The position numbers and the translations under genes were made by a program. A DNA stretch of 60,313 nt from a virus (lineage: Duplodnaviria; Caudoviricetes). Below are positions 18,216 through 26,844 of the stretch, in pieces. Position 1 is the first letter of the stretch. The number at the start of each line of letters is the position of its first letter. The stretch covers positions 1 through 60,313 of IMG/VR virus record IMGVR_UViG_3300047476_000372; one strand, 5' to 3'. The notes under the pieces were generated by a model, which made no database searches, had not been told where the DNA came from, and was given only the letters and a program-made list of their open reading frames with translations.

Positions 18216-18767
18216 TTAGTTTATCAGTGACAATAGCTTAGTCTCTACAGGTTTAGATACCTTATACTTCTTCCTCACATCAGTCATAGTATAGCCACTC
18301 TTGAGTGACGCTACAACCTTATCCCATGCCTCTTTGTTTGACTCATTTAGCCATGGCTTGTCATCAGACGCATTTGTAGACGCTACAGCAGGCTTTATCT
18401 GTTCTCCTGCTGCATCCGTATCCTTATCGGTTACTATGCCTAGAATCGAAGATAATGCGTATCTACGTAGGTAAGTGATTGCGCTACCTAAGACTTGGAA
18501 TTCATTCATTCCTTTCAGGACTACACCTTCTTGAATTTGTATCTCAGAGCTAATACTCTCACCGGACTCTACATGGAATACTATGGTCTGTATAACAGAA
18601 CCAACGATGGGCTGTGTGAAGCCTAGACCATGTTTCTTGAGTAGAGGGTTGATGATAGTAAAGATAGTCGGTAGGTCAGCGTAGCTATACCCGTATCCTT
18701 GCGTATCCTTGTGGATGACAGGAACTTCTTGCTGAAAGTCTGATAATGCTTTGAATAGATGCTTCAT
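18216..18767 (-). CDS. erf: ERF-family ssDNA annealing protein
   Basis: YSYADL..I...I.P.L.K.GL, GSAITYLRRYALS..LGI..D.DTD. Confidence 0.92.
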   Translation of the reverse strand: MKHLFKALSDFQQEVPVIHKDTQGYGYSYADLPTIFTIINPLLKKHGLGFTQPIVGSVIQTIVFHVESGESISSEIQIQEGVVLKGMNEFQVLGSAITYLRRYALSSILGIVTDKDTDAAGEQIKPAVASTNASDDKPWLNESNKEAWDKVVASLKSGYTMTDVRKKYKVSKPVETKLLSLIN

Positions 18768-18799
18768 ATTATAGATGGTTTAGTTACTTAATTTATACA

Positions 18800-19135
18800 C
18801 CACCCCCTTTACTGCCGACCAACACTAAGTTGGGCAATTTTCAGTAGAACTATAGGGTATTCTTCTACTTCAGTGCTCTTTTGAGTATCCGCTTTACTGC
18901 AAGGGCAAGTATTGACTTGTGTTCGAAGGTCGGCACTATGTTGTCAGGGGGTCGGACAGCGCATAGATTTTTCGTCATACCTGTATCATTGAGTAGAAAA
19001 ACACTTCCAGAGGGCTGGCCCATAAAGGCCAAGCCCCCTAGTCCAAATCATACTCAACTTCTCAAAAGAACTCGTAATCTTTCATTAGCTGCATCTAGAT
19101 ACCAACAGCAGGGGTGAAACCGTTCTAAGACCCTA
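18800..19135 (-). ncRNA. Candidate ~330-nt pseudoknotted RNA
   Basis: 11-bp helix 19061-19071/18875-18885; crossing helices 18928-18935/18813-18820 and 18946-18952/18802-18808; GC-rich; no credible ORF. Confidence 0.6.
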
Positions 19136-19140
19136 GTCAA

Positions 19141-19240
19141 AACAAAAAACCCACACAGGTTGCGTCTGTATGGGTTCAATGAAAGAGGGTTCTCTTAAAT
19201 CAAACCCGAGTGAACAACGCAACTATCCAATCGGATTGAC
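19141..19240 (-). terminator. Promoter-proximal attenuator/terminator
   Basis: AACCCATACAG-ACGCAAC-CTGTGTGGGTT plus T tract; loop is complementary to upstream GTTGCGT (19217-19223). Confidence 0.7.
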
Positions 19241-19244
19241 AGGA

Positions 19245-19275
19245 CAAAATTATGAACATAGTTTGACACTACAAA
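19245..19275 (-). promoter_or_regulatory. Bacteroidota promoter TTTG-N19-TAATTTTG
   Basis: Full consensus. Confidence 0.8.
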
Positions 19276-19277
19276 AT

Positions 19278-19505
19278 TTATTTTATCCAATCTTCTGGAA
19301 TGTCTACATCCCAACCGCCACCATTCATAGGATTGTCATATACTCTTATGTCATCAGAGTAGTAGTGCAGTACCCTGCCACCTTTAACTCTTACAACCCA
19401 AACACTATTTGTATTTAATCCGTAGTCTATAATAATCAGAGCCTCTCCAACACCATGTGGTGTATGAACAGGAATAGTAGACTTTAGTTCGTGTATTGTA
19501 CTCAT
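19278..19505 (-). CDS. Conserved phage hypothetical protein
   Basis: IPV.TP.G.G.A..IIDYG......WVV pattern. Confidence 0.7.
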   Translation of the reverse strand: MSTIHELKSTIPVHTPHGVGEALIIIDYGLNTNSVWVVRVKGGRVLHYYSDDIRVYDNPMNGGGWDVDIPEDWIK

Positions 19506-20044
19506 CTTCTTTTTTCTTTTTCAAGAATGTCTGATACGATTCTCTTAACCTCTTCCTCTAGCTGTTCAAGAGTGCCAGAATTATCTATGATGTAGTCGAA
19601 GCAACCATTAGTGATGCCTGCTTCAGAAGAGTGATTGTTAACAGCTCCAACTCCTGCTCTATAGACTTGTATAGTGTAGCCACTATAGGAGCATATCGTA
19701 TCGTACTCATTCTGAAACCTCATGTCCGTTATCACCCAATCGTCACCTCTCATGTAGTCAGCCATCAGAGCATTTATCCAAGCATTAGGGTGGAGTCCGT
19801 CACGAATAGCTTCCGTACCTAGTCTCTGCAACAGCTCACGTACTGACATATCCCAACCATCAAGGTTACTCTCCTTAATCCTTTGATTTTCAAAGTGAAT
19901 TGTAGGTATGTTTGTTAGTATAGCAGCTATCTCCTTTAGCTTACCTGCGAACTTCTTAACTCTAAATGTTGGCGCATGCTTTACGATTAGCTTGCCTACC
20001 TCGTCCTTGCCTGCACCAGCATAACCATTGATTCCGATAATCAT
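19502..20044 (-). CDS. Deoxynucleoside monophosphate kinase
   Basis: IIGI.G.AGAGKD, FA..LK, RELLQ.LGTE..R, ITD.RF.NE, H.SE. Confidence 0.92.
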   Translation of the reverse strand: MIIGINGYAGAGKDEVGKLIVKHAPTFRVKKFAGKLKEIAAILTNIPTIHFENQRIKESNLDGWDMSVRELLQRLGTEAIRDGLHPNAWINALMADYMRGDDWVITDMRFQNEYDTICSYSGYTIQVYRAGVGAVNNHSSEAGITNGCFDYIIDNSGTLEQLEEEVKRIVSDILEKEKRR

Positions 20045-20337
20045 ATCTCTATAGTTTTATCTATGTGTATTAATCTTAGCTGTTCATCCCTGCTGCATAG
20101 CAGTGCTGATAACAGCTCTTCCTCCTGAGCATAGTCTAGGTAGATTGGTTTATTCTTTCCTAGCTTTATCTCTACACCATTACCATCATCAGTTATAGTG
20201 CAGAGGATACCTTTCTCATTCCATGTAGGGTCATCAGATGTTGACAATATGGTAGTGTTATTATTCTTAACAGCTGTGTATTGATGAACTAGACTCTCTC
20301 CTATCATTATTGGAGCTAGTATGTATATTGTCTTCAT
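20041..20337 (-). CDS. Hypothetical protein
   Basis: Start at MKTIY; DDGNG..I...LDY motif. Confidence 0.65.
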   Translation of the reverse strand: MKTIYILAPIMIGESLVHQYTAVKNNNTTILSTSDDPTWNEKGILCTITDDGNGVEIKLGKNKPIYLDYAQEEELLSALLCSRDEQLRLIHIDKTIEI

Positions 20338-20500
20338 GGTTAAAGTATTTAGCTTGTGGTAGTTTACTCTCAACTGATTTTACTATATCTTCTACACGCT
20401 TGTATGTATCTTCATCGTGCCATATAGCGTGGTGTAGTCTTGCTATGAACAGCATCCTGTCATAGTGATTTTGATTTGCGAATTGCGAATTGTTATTCAT
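20267..20500 (-). CDS. Hypothetical protein
   Basis: Start at MNNNSQ. Confidence 0.6.
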   Translation of the reverse strand: MNNNSQFANQNHYDRMLFIARLHHAIWHDEDTYKRVEDIVKSVESKLPQAKYFNHEDNIHTSSNNDRRESSSSIHSC

Positions 20501-20747
20501 CTTTAAATATTTTATGGTTATCCATATACTTCTCAAACTCATCTATGTTCATGTAGACCATCATGCCTGTTCCATCCTTGAAAGATATGTATGTACATCC
20601 TTCAGGCTCTTGTGATGGCCTATAGGATGATATATGGAATGGGTTTACCATCTCATATGTTTCTATCTCCTCTGATACGCCTGTCATGTCCATCATGTCT
20701 CTATTGTATACTCGTATTGGTAGTCTTATGAACTTGTTTGTAAACAT
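20493..20747 (-). CDS. Hypothetical protein
   Basis: Coupled ORF. Confidence 0.7.
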   Translation of the reverse strand: MFTNKFIRLPIRVYNRDMMDMTGVSEEIETYEMVNPFHISSYRPSQEPEGCTYISFKDGTGMMVYMNIDEFEKYMDNHKIFKDE

Positions 20748-20968
20748 TATTGATTGTAGTTTTTATTGTAGTATTCAAGATAGCTGTCATATACCTCATC
20801 AGTGGTGATAGAATCTCTGAGAGCTTTTATTCCATCAGCATACGCCTTCATGATTTGAATCTGGTCTTTTTCTATTAGCTCCTTAGTTCTCATCAACAGA
20901 TAGTTTCTCTCAGGAAACGGAATCATTTCCGATAGCTCATCGTGTAAGATTTGTGCAGATGTCTTCAT
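20747..20968 (-). CDS. Hypothetical protein, distant relative of 16263-16592
   Basis: QIMKAY.DG...YYN..Y; start at MKTS. Confidence 0.65.
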   Translation of the reverse strand: MKTSAQILHDELSEMIPFPERNYLLMRTKELIEKDQIQIMKAYADGIKALRDSITTDEVYDSYLEYYNKNYNQ

Positions 20969-21046
20969 GTGATTGATTTTTAATTGGTTATGAAATTGAG
21001 TATCCTGTAACAAAAAATGGTATAAATTTGGAACAAATGTTTTTTT

Positions 21047-21205
21047 ATGAAAGAAAAAGTATCAGGTCTTATTAGACACGCATTAACATTCGTCGGTGGC
21101 CTTGCAGTAGCAAAGGGTCTAGTAGATGAATCCATGATGGTAGAAGTTATCGGTGGAGTAATGACTCTAATCGGAGCTATCTGGTCTATCGCTGTAAAGA
21201 AGTAA
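21047..21205 (+). CDS. Small 2-TM holin-like protein (52 aa), antisense to the early arm
   Basis: MKEKVSGLIRHALTFVGG.AVAKG...IGG...IGAIWS..KK; own TAAATTTG box at 21023. Confidence 0.8.
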   Translation: MKEKVSGLIRHALTFVGGLAVAKGLVDESMMVEVIGGVMTLIGAIWSIAVKK

Positions 21206-21207
21206 AG

Positions 21208-21543
21208 TTAGGGGACGGGAACGTCCCCACTTTTTAATTCTTCGTCTAAGTCTTCAAGGAACTTGATTATATGGTTTTCCAATCTGTCTGCGTATTGTTC
21301 CGGCATGGAAGATAACAGCCTCACTAGTCCATCAAATCTCAGGATGTCTACATCCATAGAGTTATCAGTTCCTACCTTCATATCCATACTCTTCTTTATC
21401 CATCTAAGTCTATCACGATATACACGTATAGTATCCTTAACAGGTTTAGACACATCTTCGTTAAGCATTACCTCTGCATAGGTTAGTGCATTACATACGT
21501 TTACGTATATGATGTAGATTGATTCTCTTTGTCCTTCGGTCAT
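21208..21543 (-). CDS. Hypothetical protein
   Basis: Coupled ORF. Confidence 0.7.
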   Translation of the reverse strand: MTEGQRESIYIIYVNVCNALTYAEVMLNEDVSKPVKDTIRVYRDRLRWIKKSMDMKVGTDNSMDVDILRFDGLVRLLSSMPEQYADRLENHIIKFLEDLDEELKSGDVPVP

Positions 21544-21827
21544 AGTTCTCTGAGTTTTGCGTATACGATATCTAGTTTCTTTGTGAAAGGCTCGAATGTA
21601 TCGTAGAGATTTTGTCCACTTCTTACGTGGTATAGTACACAGGTATGATTCTTGAATCCCATATACTCTGCAATGTATTCATACGTTTGCTCTGTCTGAT
21701 TGTACAGGTACATGCATAGTGCCTTCTTAGGATAGGTGTACCTTCTCTTCCTTACACGCTTTGTCATAAAATCTTTCTCTACATCAAACACTTCTGCTAT
21801 TATTGACACTAAGTTGTCTTTGTCCAT
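21540..21827 (-). CDS. DnaA domain IV-like HTH protein 2
   Basis: R.R.Y..P....MY....T..Y..IA..MG.KNHTCVLY. Confidence 0.75.
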   Translation of the reverse strand: MDKDNLVSIIAEVFDVEKDFMTKRVRKRRYTYPKKALCMYLYNQTEQTYEYIAEYMGFKNHTCVLYHVRSGQNLYDTFEPFTKKLDIVYAKLREL

Positions 21828-22189
21828 GACATTAAGTTTTCTACTATTATATTTGAATTCTCTTTAAATAATTCTTCCGTCTCGTATAGGTTAGAAAACT
21901 TCTTGATGCTATTGATTACGGTAGTGTGGTCTCTACCTCCTAATACCTCAATACCAACAGCTTTCAGTGTCATACCCATATTCTTGACTAAGAACCAAGA
22001 TACGAAGTGCCTTACGTTGACAACCTCTTGAGCTCTAGTTCTCTTAGCTATATTTCTTGGGTCTGCATGAAAAACCTTGCAAGCTTCTTCTATTACTACC
22101 TGTATTGGGATACCTCTCTTTTGTACGAAGTATTGTTTTGTTACGTCTCTATGCTTAAGGCCGGGAATTACATATGCATTCATGCTCAC
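21809..22189 (-). CDS. DnaA domain IV-like HTH protein 1
   Basis: RTRAQEVV..R....W......MTLKAVG...GGRDHTTVINSIKK. Confidence 0.85.
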   Translation of the reverse strand: MSMNAYVIPGLKHRDVTKQYFVQKRGIPIQVVIEEACKVFHADPRNIAKRTRAQEVVNVRHFVSWFLVKNMGMTLKAVGIEVLGGRDHTTVINSIKKFSNLYETEELFKENSNIIVENLMSWTKTT

Positions 22190-22431
22190 ATTATTTGAAA
22201 TAATCCAACATCTCTTATGTCGATTACTATGGTTGAATTTAGTTTGTAGATATCAGTCCTAGTTGCTGATGCAATTACTGAACCTTGAAACTTGTACGCT
22301 TGTGGTATAGACTTCCAATTCAGTTCAGCAATTAGCTGTATGTTCTTGAACTCATCTGCCTTGTCGTAGTTAGCTTCCACTAGGGAAGATAGTATACCAA
22401 CAGCAAACTTTAGCTTCTCTATACTTGTCAT
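22186..22431 (-). CDS. Hypothetical protein
   Basis: Coupled ORF. Confidence 0.65.
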   Translation of the reverse strand: MTSIEKLKFAVGILSSLVEANYDKADEFKNIQLIAELNWKSIPQAYKFQGSVIASATRTDIYKLNSTIVIDIRDVGLFQIM

Positions 22432-22673
22432 AGTAATATGGTTGTAGATATTACGTGTCTCTTCATTACCTCAATAGTTCCATCCTCCTTGTCGCACACC
22501 AGCGTGCATACAAAGTCACCACCTAAGTCAGCTGTATCTTCAACTACCTGCGACAGCATAGATATGTAGTAGTCTACAGCATCGGTGTAGGATGTGAACT
22601 CCTTCTCATGGCTGTCTACTTTGTTGTCTGCATGAGCATTAAGTATACGCTCACCTCTTACTCTATAGTTCAT
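22428..22673 (-). CDS. Hypothetical protein
   Basis: Coupled ORF. Confidence 0.65.
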   Translation of the reverse strand: MNYRVRGERILNAHADNKVDSHEKEFTSYTDAVDYYISMLSQVVEDTADLGGDFVCTLVCDKEDGTIEVMKRHVISTTILL

Positions 22674-22890
22674 AGTTATGCGTTTTAAATATTAATAAAT
22701 CTTGTTGTTCAATTAGTTCATCCTGCTTCTCTTGAAGGTAGATGGCTACTGATTCTGGACTAGATGCTGTCTTGCCATTGAGACAATCAATAGCATACTT
22801 TACCATAGACTTGTACGCACCTAGCTGGCCACAAGCAACCATGAGCTTTGCGCTACGTTGCTCGTTAATTTCCATTAGTTTGTTAATCAT
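22663..22890 (-). CDS. Hypothetical protein (probably leaderless)
   Basis: ATG 4 nt after TAACTTTG. Confidence 0.65.
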   Translation of the reverse strand: MINKLMEINEQRSAKLMVACGQLGAYKSMVKYAIDCLNGKTASSPESVAIYLQEKQDELIEQQDLLIFKTHNYEL

Positions 22891-22894
22891 TGTT

Positions 22895-22926
22895 CAAAGT
22901 TAGTTAAATGTTTGTTATCAAACAAA
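22895..22926 (-). promoter_or_regulatory. Bacteroidota promoter TTTG-N20-TAACTTTG
   Basis: Consensus; the spacer contains ATAAC-N6-TTAAC. Confidence 0.75.
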
Positions 22927-23133
22927 TCAATCTTCAATGATTCTGATGTAGCAATTGACAGCATCGAAGTCATCGTTATTGATTAGATTCTCAAATGATG
23001 TAGGTGAATATACTTCTCCATACTTTGCCGATATGGTCATGAATTCATAGTTTGGCATGCTTCCAAAGTCTAGGCTAGCATCGTCTTCATCTAGTAGTCT
23101 AAGGTTGATAACGTAGAATTTTAAGTTGCTCAT
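22927..23133 (-). CDS. Hypothetical early protein
   Basis: Start at MSNLK; the track's extension crosses a hairpin. Confidence 0.65.
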   Translation of the reverse strand: MSNLKFYVINLRLLDEDDASLDFGSMPNYEFMTISAKYGEVYSPTSFENLINNDDFDAVNCYIRIIED

Positions 23134-23217
23134 TTTCTTTGTTTTATATGTAAGTATATGATGATTGTAAGAAGGGCTGCCCAATATATGGACAGCCACA
23201 TAGTTATCTTATGCATA

Positions 23218-23388
23218 CTATATGGTTTGTTCCTTATAGTATTCTGCAATATCTACAATCCGGTAGATTAGTTCCTCCTCTGATTCCTTTGCCAGCTTTA
23301 CCAAGTCCTGCTCAGTCTCGAACTCATCACCGGATAGTTCAAGTATTGCGTCAATAAGATGTTCTCTGATAGATTTTTTCTTTGCCAT
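23218..23388 (-). CDS. Hypothetical early protein (56 aa, MAKKKSIREHLID...)
   Basis: Manual translation. Confidence 0.65.
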   Translation of the reverse strand: MAKKKSIREHLIDAILELSGDEFETEQDLVKLAKESEEELIYRIVDIAEYYKEQTI

Positions 23389-23391
23389 AGT

Positions 23392-23637
23392 TTATTTGTT
23401 TATGTGTTTGATGCCAAGACTTTCTCTATGCCTTGTGAATTTTTTGATGATGTCTGCATGGTTGTCTTTGAAGAATGTCTCAATACATTCGTAAAGTCCT
23501 GTGTTTGGATTGTTATGAGAGCTATTATTAAACTTCTCATATAGCTCCTTAAGGTCTTCAAATAGCGCATCGTAGTAGTAGTCTATACCAACCATTGCGT
23601 CGTATAGTTTGCAGAATAGGAAGAAGTCGTAGTTCAT
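23392..23637 (-). CDS. Hypothetical early protein
   Basis: Packed ORF. Confidence 0.7.
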   Translation of the reverse strand: MNYDFFLFCKLYDAMVGIDYYYDALFEDLKELYEKFNNSSHNNPNTGLYECIETFFKDNHADIIKKFTRHRESLGIKHINK

Positions 23638-23867
23638 ATGTTTAGTTTTAGCTGTACTCTATTTGATTTTTTCTTGTATACCTGTATGACACTATAACCT
23701 TGCTCAACCTTAGCTTTAGTCAGCCATTTGGATTCTATAAGTTCATCTAGGGCTGTAGTAAGTTCATCTTGTGAGCATGGTATCAGCATAAGTAGTCCTT
23801 CTAATGAAGACTGCCTATGGTTTGTGAGTATACGCTTTATCTCGTTTGTTATTTGCTCTTTTTCCAT
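23634..23867 (-). CDS. Small winged-helix-like protein
   Basis: I.RIL.....SL..L.......EL..AL..L...W pattern. Confidence 0.55.
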   Translation of the reverse strand: MEKEQITNEIKRILTNHRQSSLEGLLMLIPCSQDELTTALDELIESKWLTKAKVEQGYSVIQVYKKKSNRVQLKLNI

Positions 23868-23871
23868 ATGA

Positions 23872-24078
23872 TTAAACTACTTTAGTTCCGTTAATTAAGT
23901 CCATGTAGTAGTCGTACAGCTCATCGAACATCTTCTGAGCTTCGTCGGTGTACGTAGACTCTTCATCATCTTCTACATAGATTTGCATGTATTCTCCGTA
24001 GTTATCATTTAGCTCTTCCTCTGCAAGGATACAAGCTAACTCTACTGCATTGATTGTTACTTCGTGTTGATTATTCAT
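23872..24078 (-). CDS. Small acidic early protein
   Basis: YTDEAQKMFDELYDYY. Confidence 0.7.
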   Translation of the reverse strand: MNNQHEVTINAVELACILAEEELNDNYGEYMQIYVEDDEESTYTDEAQKMFDELYDYYMDLINGTKVV

Positions 24079-24090
24079 GATATTTGTTTT

Positions 24091-24306
24091 TTATTGTTCA
24101 TAATCTGATGCGTCTGCCATAAGTACAATAGACTCTAATACGCTGTTTGTCTCTGCGTCGTATAGGTCATCTCCAACATAGGTGATTACCTCAATATCTG
24201 AGTCTGAGTCAGTTCTGTAGTTAATGGTTACCTTCTCTAGGTCGTAGCCATCAATCTTTAACTCGTTAAGTAATTCGAATAACTTTTGTGCTGTTAATGG
24301 TTTCAT
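24091..24306 (-). CDS. Small acidic early protein
   Basis: D/E-rich ORF. Confidence 0.7.
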   Translation of the reverse strand: MKPLTAQKLFELLNELKIDGYDLEKVTINYRTDSDSDIEVITYVGDDLYDAETNSVLESIVLMADASDYEQ

Positions 24307-24316
24307 GATTTATTGT

Positions 24317-24709
24317 TTATTGATATTTTAATTTAAGTACCCTATGCCCATAGAATCCGTATTCATTCTTGCCCCTTCTATATTTTATATAGTTTGATAC
24401 TATGTTATTTACATCAGCTACTTTTACTACGTCTCCTCTAACTAGGTCACAATCTTCAAGGTCTTCTATATCAAGAACTACAACATCATCACCAACATTA
24501 AGTATGTTCCCCTCAACATCATTGCAGTGCTTGTTAGATGTCTCGTCAGACATAACTTCTATATTATGTTTCATCTTCCACTCTCTGACAATATAGTCAG
24601 CTTCTTCCATACAATTCTGAAGGTCACCGATTTCTACATCGGGCTGTGATTTGAAATGTTCGTAGATAATTTTCTTCAGTGATTCTAGCTGTCCGTTGTA
24701 AAGCTTCAT
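24317..24709 (-). CDS. Hypothetical early protein (C-terminal SH3-like part)
   Basis: D.EGN.L.VGD.VVV. Confidence 0.65.
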   Translation of the reverse strand: MKLYNGQLESLKKIIYEHFKSQPDVEIGDLQNCMEEADYIVREWKMKHNIEVMSDETSNKHCNDVEGNILNVGDDVVVLDIEDLEDCDLVRGDVVKVADVNNIVSNYIKYRRGKNEYGFYGHRVLKLKYQ

Positions 24710-24721
24710 GGTATTTGTTTT

Positions 24722-25024
24722 TTATTTTAATGAATCTGCATACTGATTAAAAACTTCATCGCTCATAGAATGCACCTTCATACACTCCTCGTAGCTGCTG
24801 AAGTAGTAGGTATCATTGCCATGCTCAGTGGAATATCTATTTCTCATGAACACTATCCTATATTCTCCTTGATACATCATGTAGGACAGTTCTAGGCCAT
24901 CCATTACAATCCAAGATTGCATGTTTCCGAATCTTAATTCAGAAGCAGTATACTTTATTCTCTCGTGTGGGCATTGTTCGTAGTATACCTTGAACAACTC
25001 TTCCATTTGTGTTTCAGCGTACAT
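24722..25024 (-). CDS. Hypothetical early protein
   Basis: Start at MYAET with an A-rich leader. Confidence 0.65.
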   Translation of the reverse strand: MYAETQMEELFKVYYEQCPHERIKYTASELRFGNMQSWIVMDGLELSYMMYQGEYRIVFMRNRYSTEHGNDTYYFSSYEECMKVHSMSDEVFNQYADSLK

Positions 25025-25140
25025 GATATTTATTTTAGTGTTATTAAATGATACCCCATGCGTGCAGGTTGAATAATACAATGGCTGAATAGAATATTAT
25101 GACAATTAGTGCTCGTTTCATGATATTGGATTATAGGTAA

Positions 25141-25166
25141 AGAAAAGGGTGAGCGTTTGCCCACCC
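25141..25166 (-). terminator. Intrinsic terminator
   Basis: GGGTGGGC-AAAC-GCTCACCC followed by TTTTCT. Confidence 0.8.
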
Positions 25167-25177
25167 GATGATGATAG

Positions 25178-26125
25178 TTAACCGATTGATGCCATACTCA
25201 AGACACTAGCGAATGCATCGTTGTCTACATTCATTCCTGCACCAATATACTTAGACTCTATCCTGCCATTCTCACGTGTTGGTGCATGCATAACGTGTGA
25301 GGTATAGTGTGTTACGCCACTGAATAAACCCCACAATGTTTCCCCCTTCTGAGCCATCTCTCTAGAGATTGATGTAGTCAGCTCAGTAGCCTTCTCGATA
25401 GCTTGCCTGCTGTACGTATCCTCAGCCTTACTGCGTGGTGTGTTGATGTCAACACCCGTAACTTCTTTTACAATCCTAACAATGTTGCTAGAAGTAACAG
25501 CTACCTCAGATAGTCTGATGAACTGCTCGAAGATAGTTTGCTCCTGCTTTGTCACACCTTCAATCTCTCTGATGCTACGCTCTACCTTGTCATGGATAGA
25601 TGCTGTGTGTCTAGCTGTGTTTTGTAGCTTACCCTTAGCAGCGGCAAAGGTATTGGAACAGCAGATGGTAAAGTTAACAGCACCCCACTTGAGTGACGTA
25701 GTGCCATCGTGACCATTGATACCCGTCACGTAGCCTTTGACCTTTGTCTTGTTGAGTCCGATACCATTAATCTCGTTACCCGTAGATAGCTGTAAGTATA
25801 TCTTTCCACCACCATTGAACATGCCACCACTATGGATATCATATCCCGTCTTCTCAGAGATGCGTATCAACATCTCAGCGAGCTCAGAATTTTGGTATGG
25901 CGTATACCCATCCTTACATGTAGCGAACACCTGCTTGTTGTCATCTCTGACAATAGCCTTGAATGTAGTAGGAGTACCATCGGGCAGGTATAGTTCCTGC
26001 TTAGATACTGACCACCTTAAATCGAATCTATCTAGCAATGTAGCTACTGCTTCAGCGTTAGCGTTATCTGATAGCTGTAGTCCGTCGAATGCACCACCAA
26101 TGATGCTGTCTGCAAAGTTGTTCAT
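25178..26125 (-). CDS. DUF932 family protein
   Basis: L.W.V, VR.D, Y.P.QN.E, G...GG.K, N.HDG, CSNT, RHT, T.WG...GVT.Y. Confidence 0.88.
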   Translation of the reverse strand: MNNFADSIIGGAFDGLQLSDNANAEAVATLLDRFDLRWSVSKQELYLPDGTPTTFKAIVRDDNKQVFATCKDGYTPYQNSELAEMLIRISEKTGYDIHSGGMFNGGGKIYLQLSTGNEINGIGLNKTKVKGYVTGINGHDGTTSLKWGAVNFTICCSNTFAAAKGKLQNTARHTASIHDKVERSIREIEGVTKQEQTIFEQFIRLSEVAVTSSNIVRIVKEVTGVDINTPRSKAEDTYSRQAIEKATELTTSISREMAQKGETLWGLFSGVTHYTSHVMHAPTRENGRIESKYIGAGMNVDNDAFASVLSMASIG

Positions 26126-26129
26126 GATG

Positions 26130-26393
26130 TTATTGATTTATGTGTGAATAAAAGTTAACTGAATTCTGAAATGTACCTTTACCTTCCTTGAGCCAATCAC
26201 GTGAAGGTATGGTGTTACCATAATAGTCCTGATGTGGCCTCTTGGGTAGCATTATTGCACCAATCTCCAGCAGGTACATAGCTTCCCTGCCTACGCTACC
26301 TTCCATCATCCATGCTTGACCATTGTCTACTAGCTGTTGCATCGTGGAATATCCCATTTCACGTTGCATCTTTTTAATCTTGTTATAGTTCAT
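26130..26393 (-). CDS. Conserved phage hypothetical protein
   Basis: QQL...G.AW.MEGSVGR.A...LE.G...L.....DYYGN..PSR. Confidence 0.75.
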   Translation of the reverse strand: MNYNKIKKMQREMGYSTMQQLVDNGQAWMMEGSVGREAMYLLEIGAIMLPKRPHQDYYGNTIPSRDWLKEGKGTFQNSVNFYSHINQ

Positions 26394-26396
26394 GTG

Positions 26397-26630
26397 TTAC
26401 TTGTTTTTCTTGTCATCGAATAAATCCCATATGTCTCCATATCCGAACTTAGGTTCTTTCAATACCTCAGCAGCTAACCAATGGATATCCTCAAACTTAA
26501 GGTCTGTTATCCATCTATTACTTTTCAGCTGATTCATTACTCGTAGTGTGGTATTTGGGTAGTCCATTACCTCTCTGAATAGCGCATCCCATACTTGATT
26601 GTTAGCTTTTTCTAGTAGACTTTTGTACAT
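26397..26630 (-). CDS. Hypothetical early protein
   Basis: Packed ORF. Confidence 0.7.
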   Translation of the reverse strand: MYKSLLEKANNQVWDALFREVMDYPNTTLRVMNQLKSNRWITDLKFEDIHWLAAEVLKEPKFGYGDIWDLFDDKKNK

Positions 26631-26631
26631 G

Positions 26632-26838
26632 TTATTGAAAATTTATTGGTTTGATTAGTGTTCCTAGTTCAGCAGACATCTCTGCACGTCTGCACATCTC
26701 TGCCCATCCTCTCTTGATTTCAAGGTAGGTTAGACCTAGCTGTTGTTGTATCCTTACATATCTATCGTAGGTAGACTCTACCTTAGATTCAATAGGTCTG
26801 AACTTAGACCTCACTGGCATTTGTTTACGCTGTCTCAT
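26632..26838 (-). CDS. Hypothetical early protein
   Basis: Packed ORF. Confidence 0.65.
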   Translation of the reverse strand: MRQRKQMPVRSKFRPIESKVESTYDRYVRIQQQLGLTYLEIKRGWAEMCRRAEMSAELGTLIKPINFQ

Positions 26839-26844
26839 ATTGTG

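Noticed and set aside
23175-23197. Hairpin GGCTGTCCA-TATAT-TGGGCAGCC and its loose similarity to 28180-28199
   Set aside because: Probably an ordinary mRNA-stabilising or weak terminator hairpin; the similarity is too short to support a shared motif.
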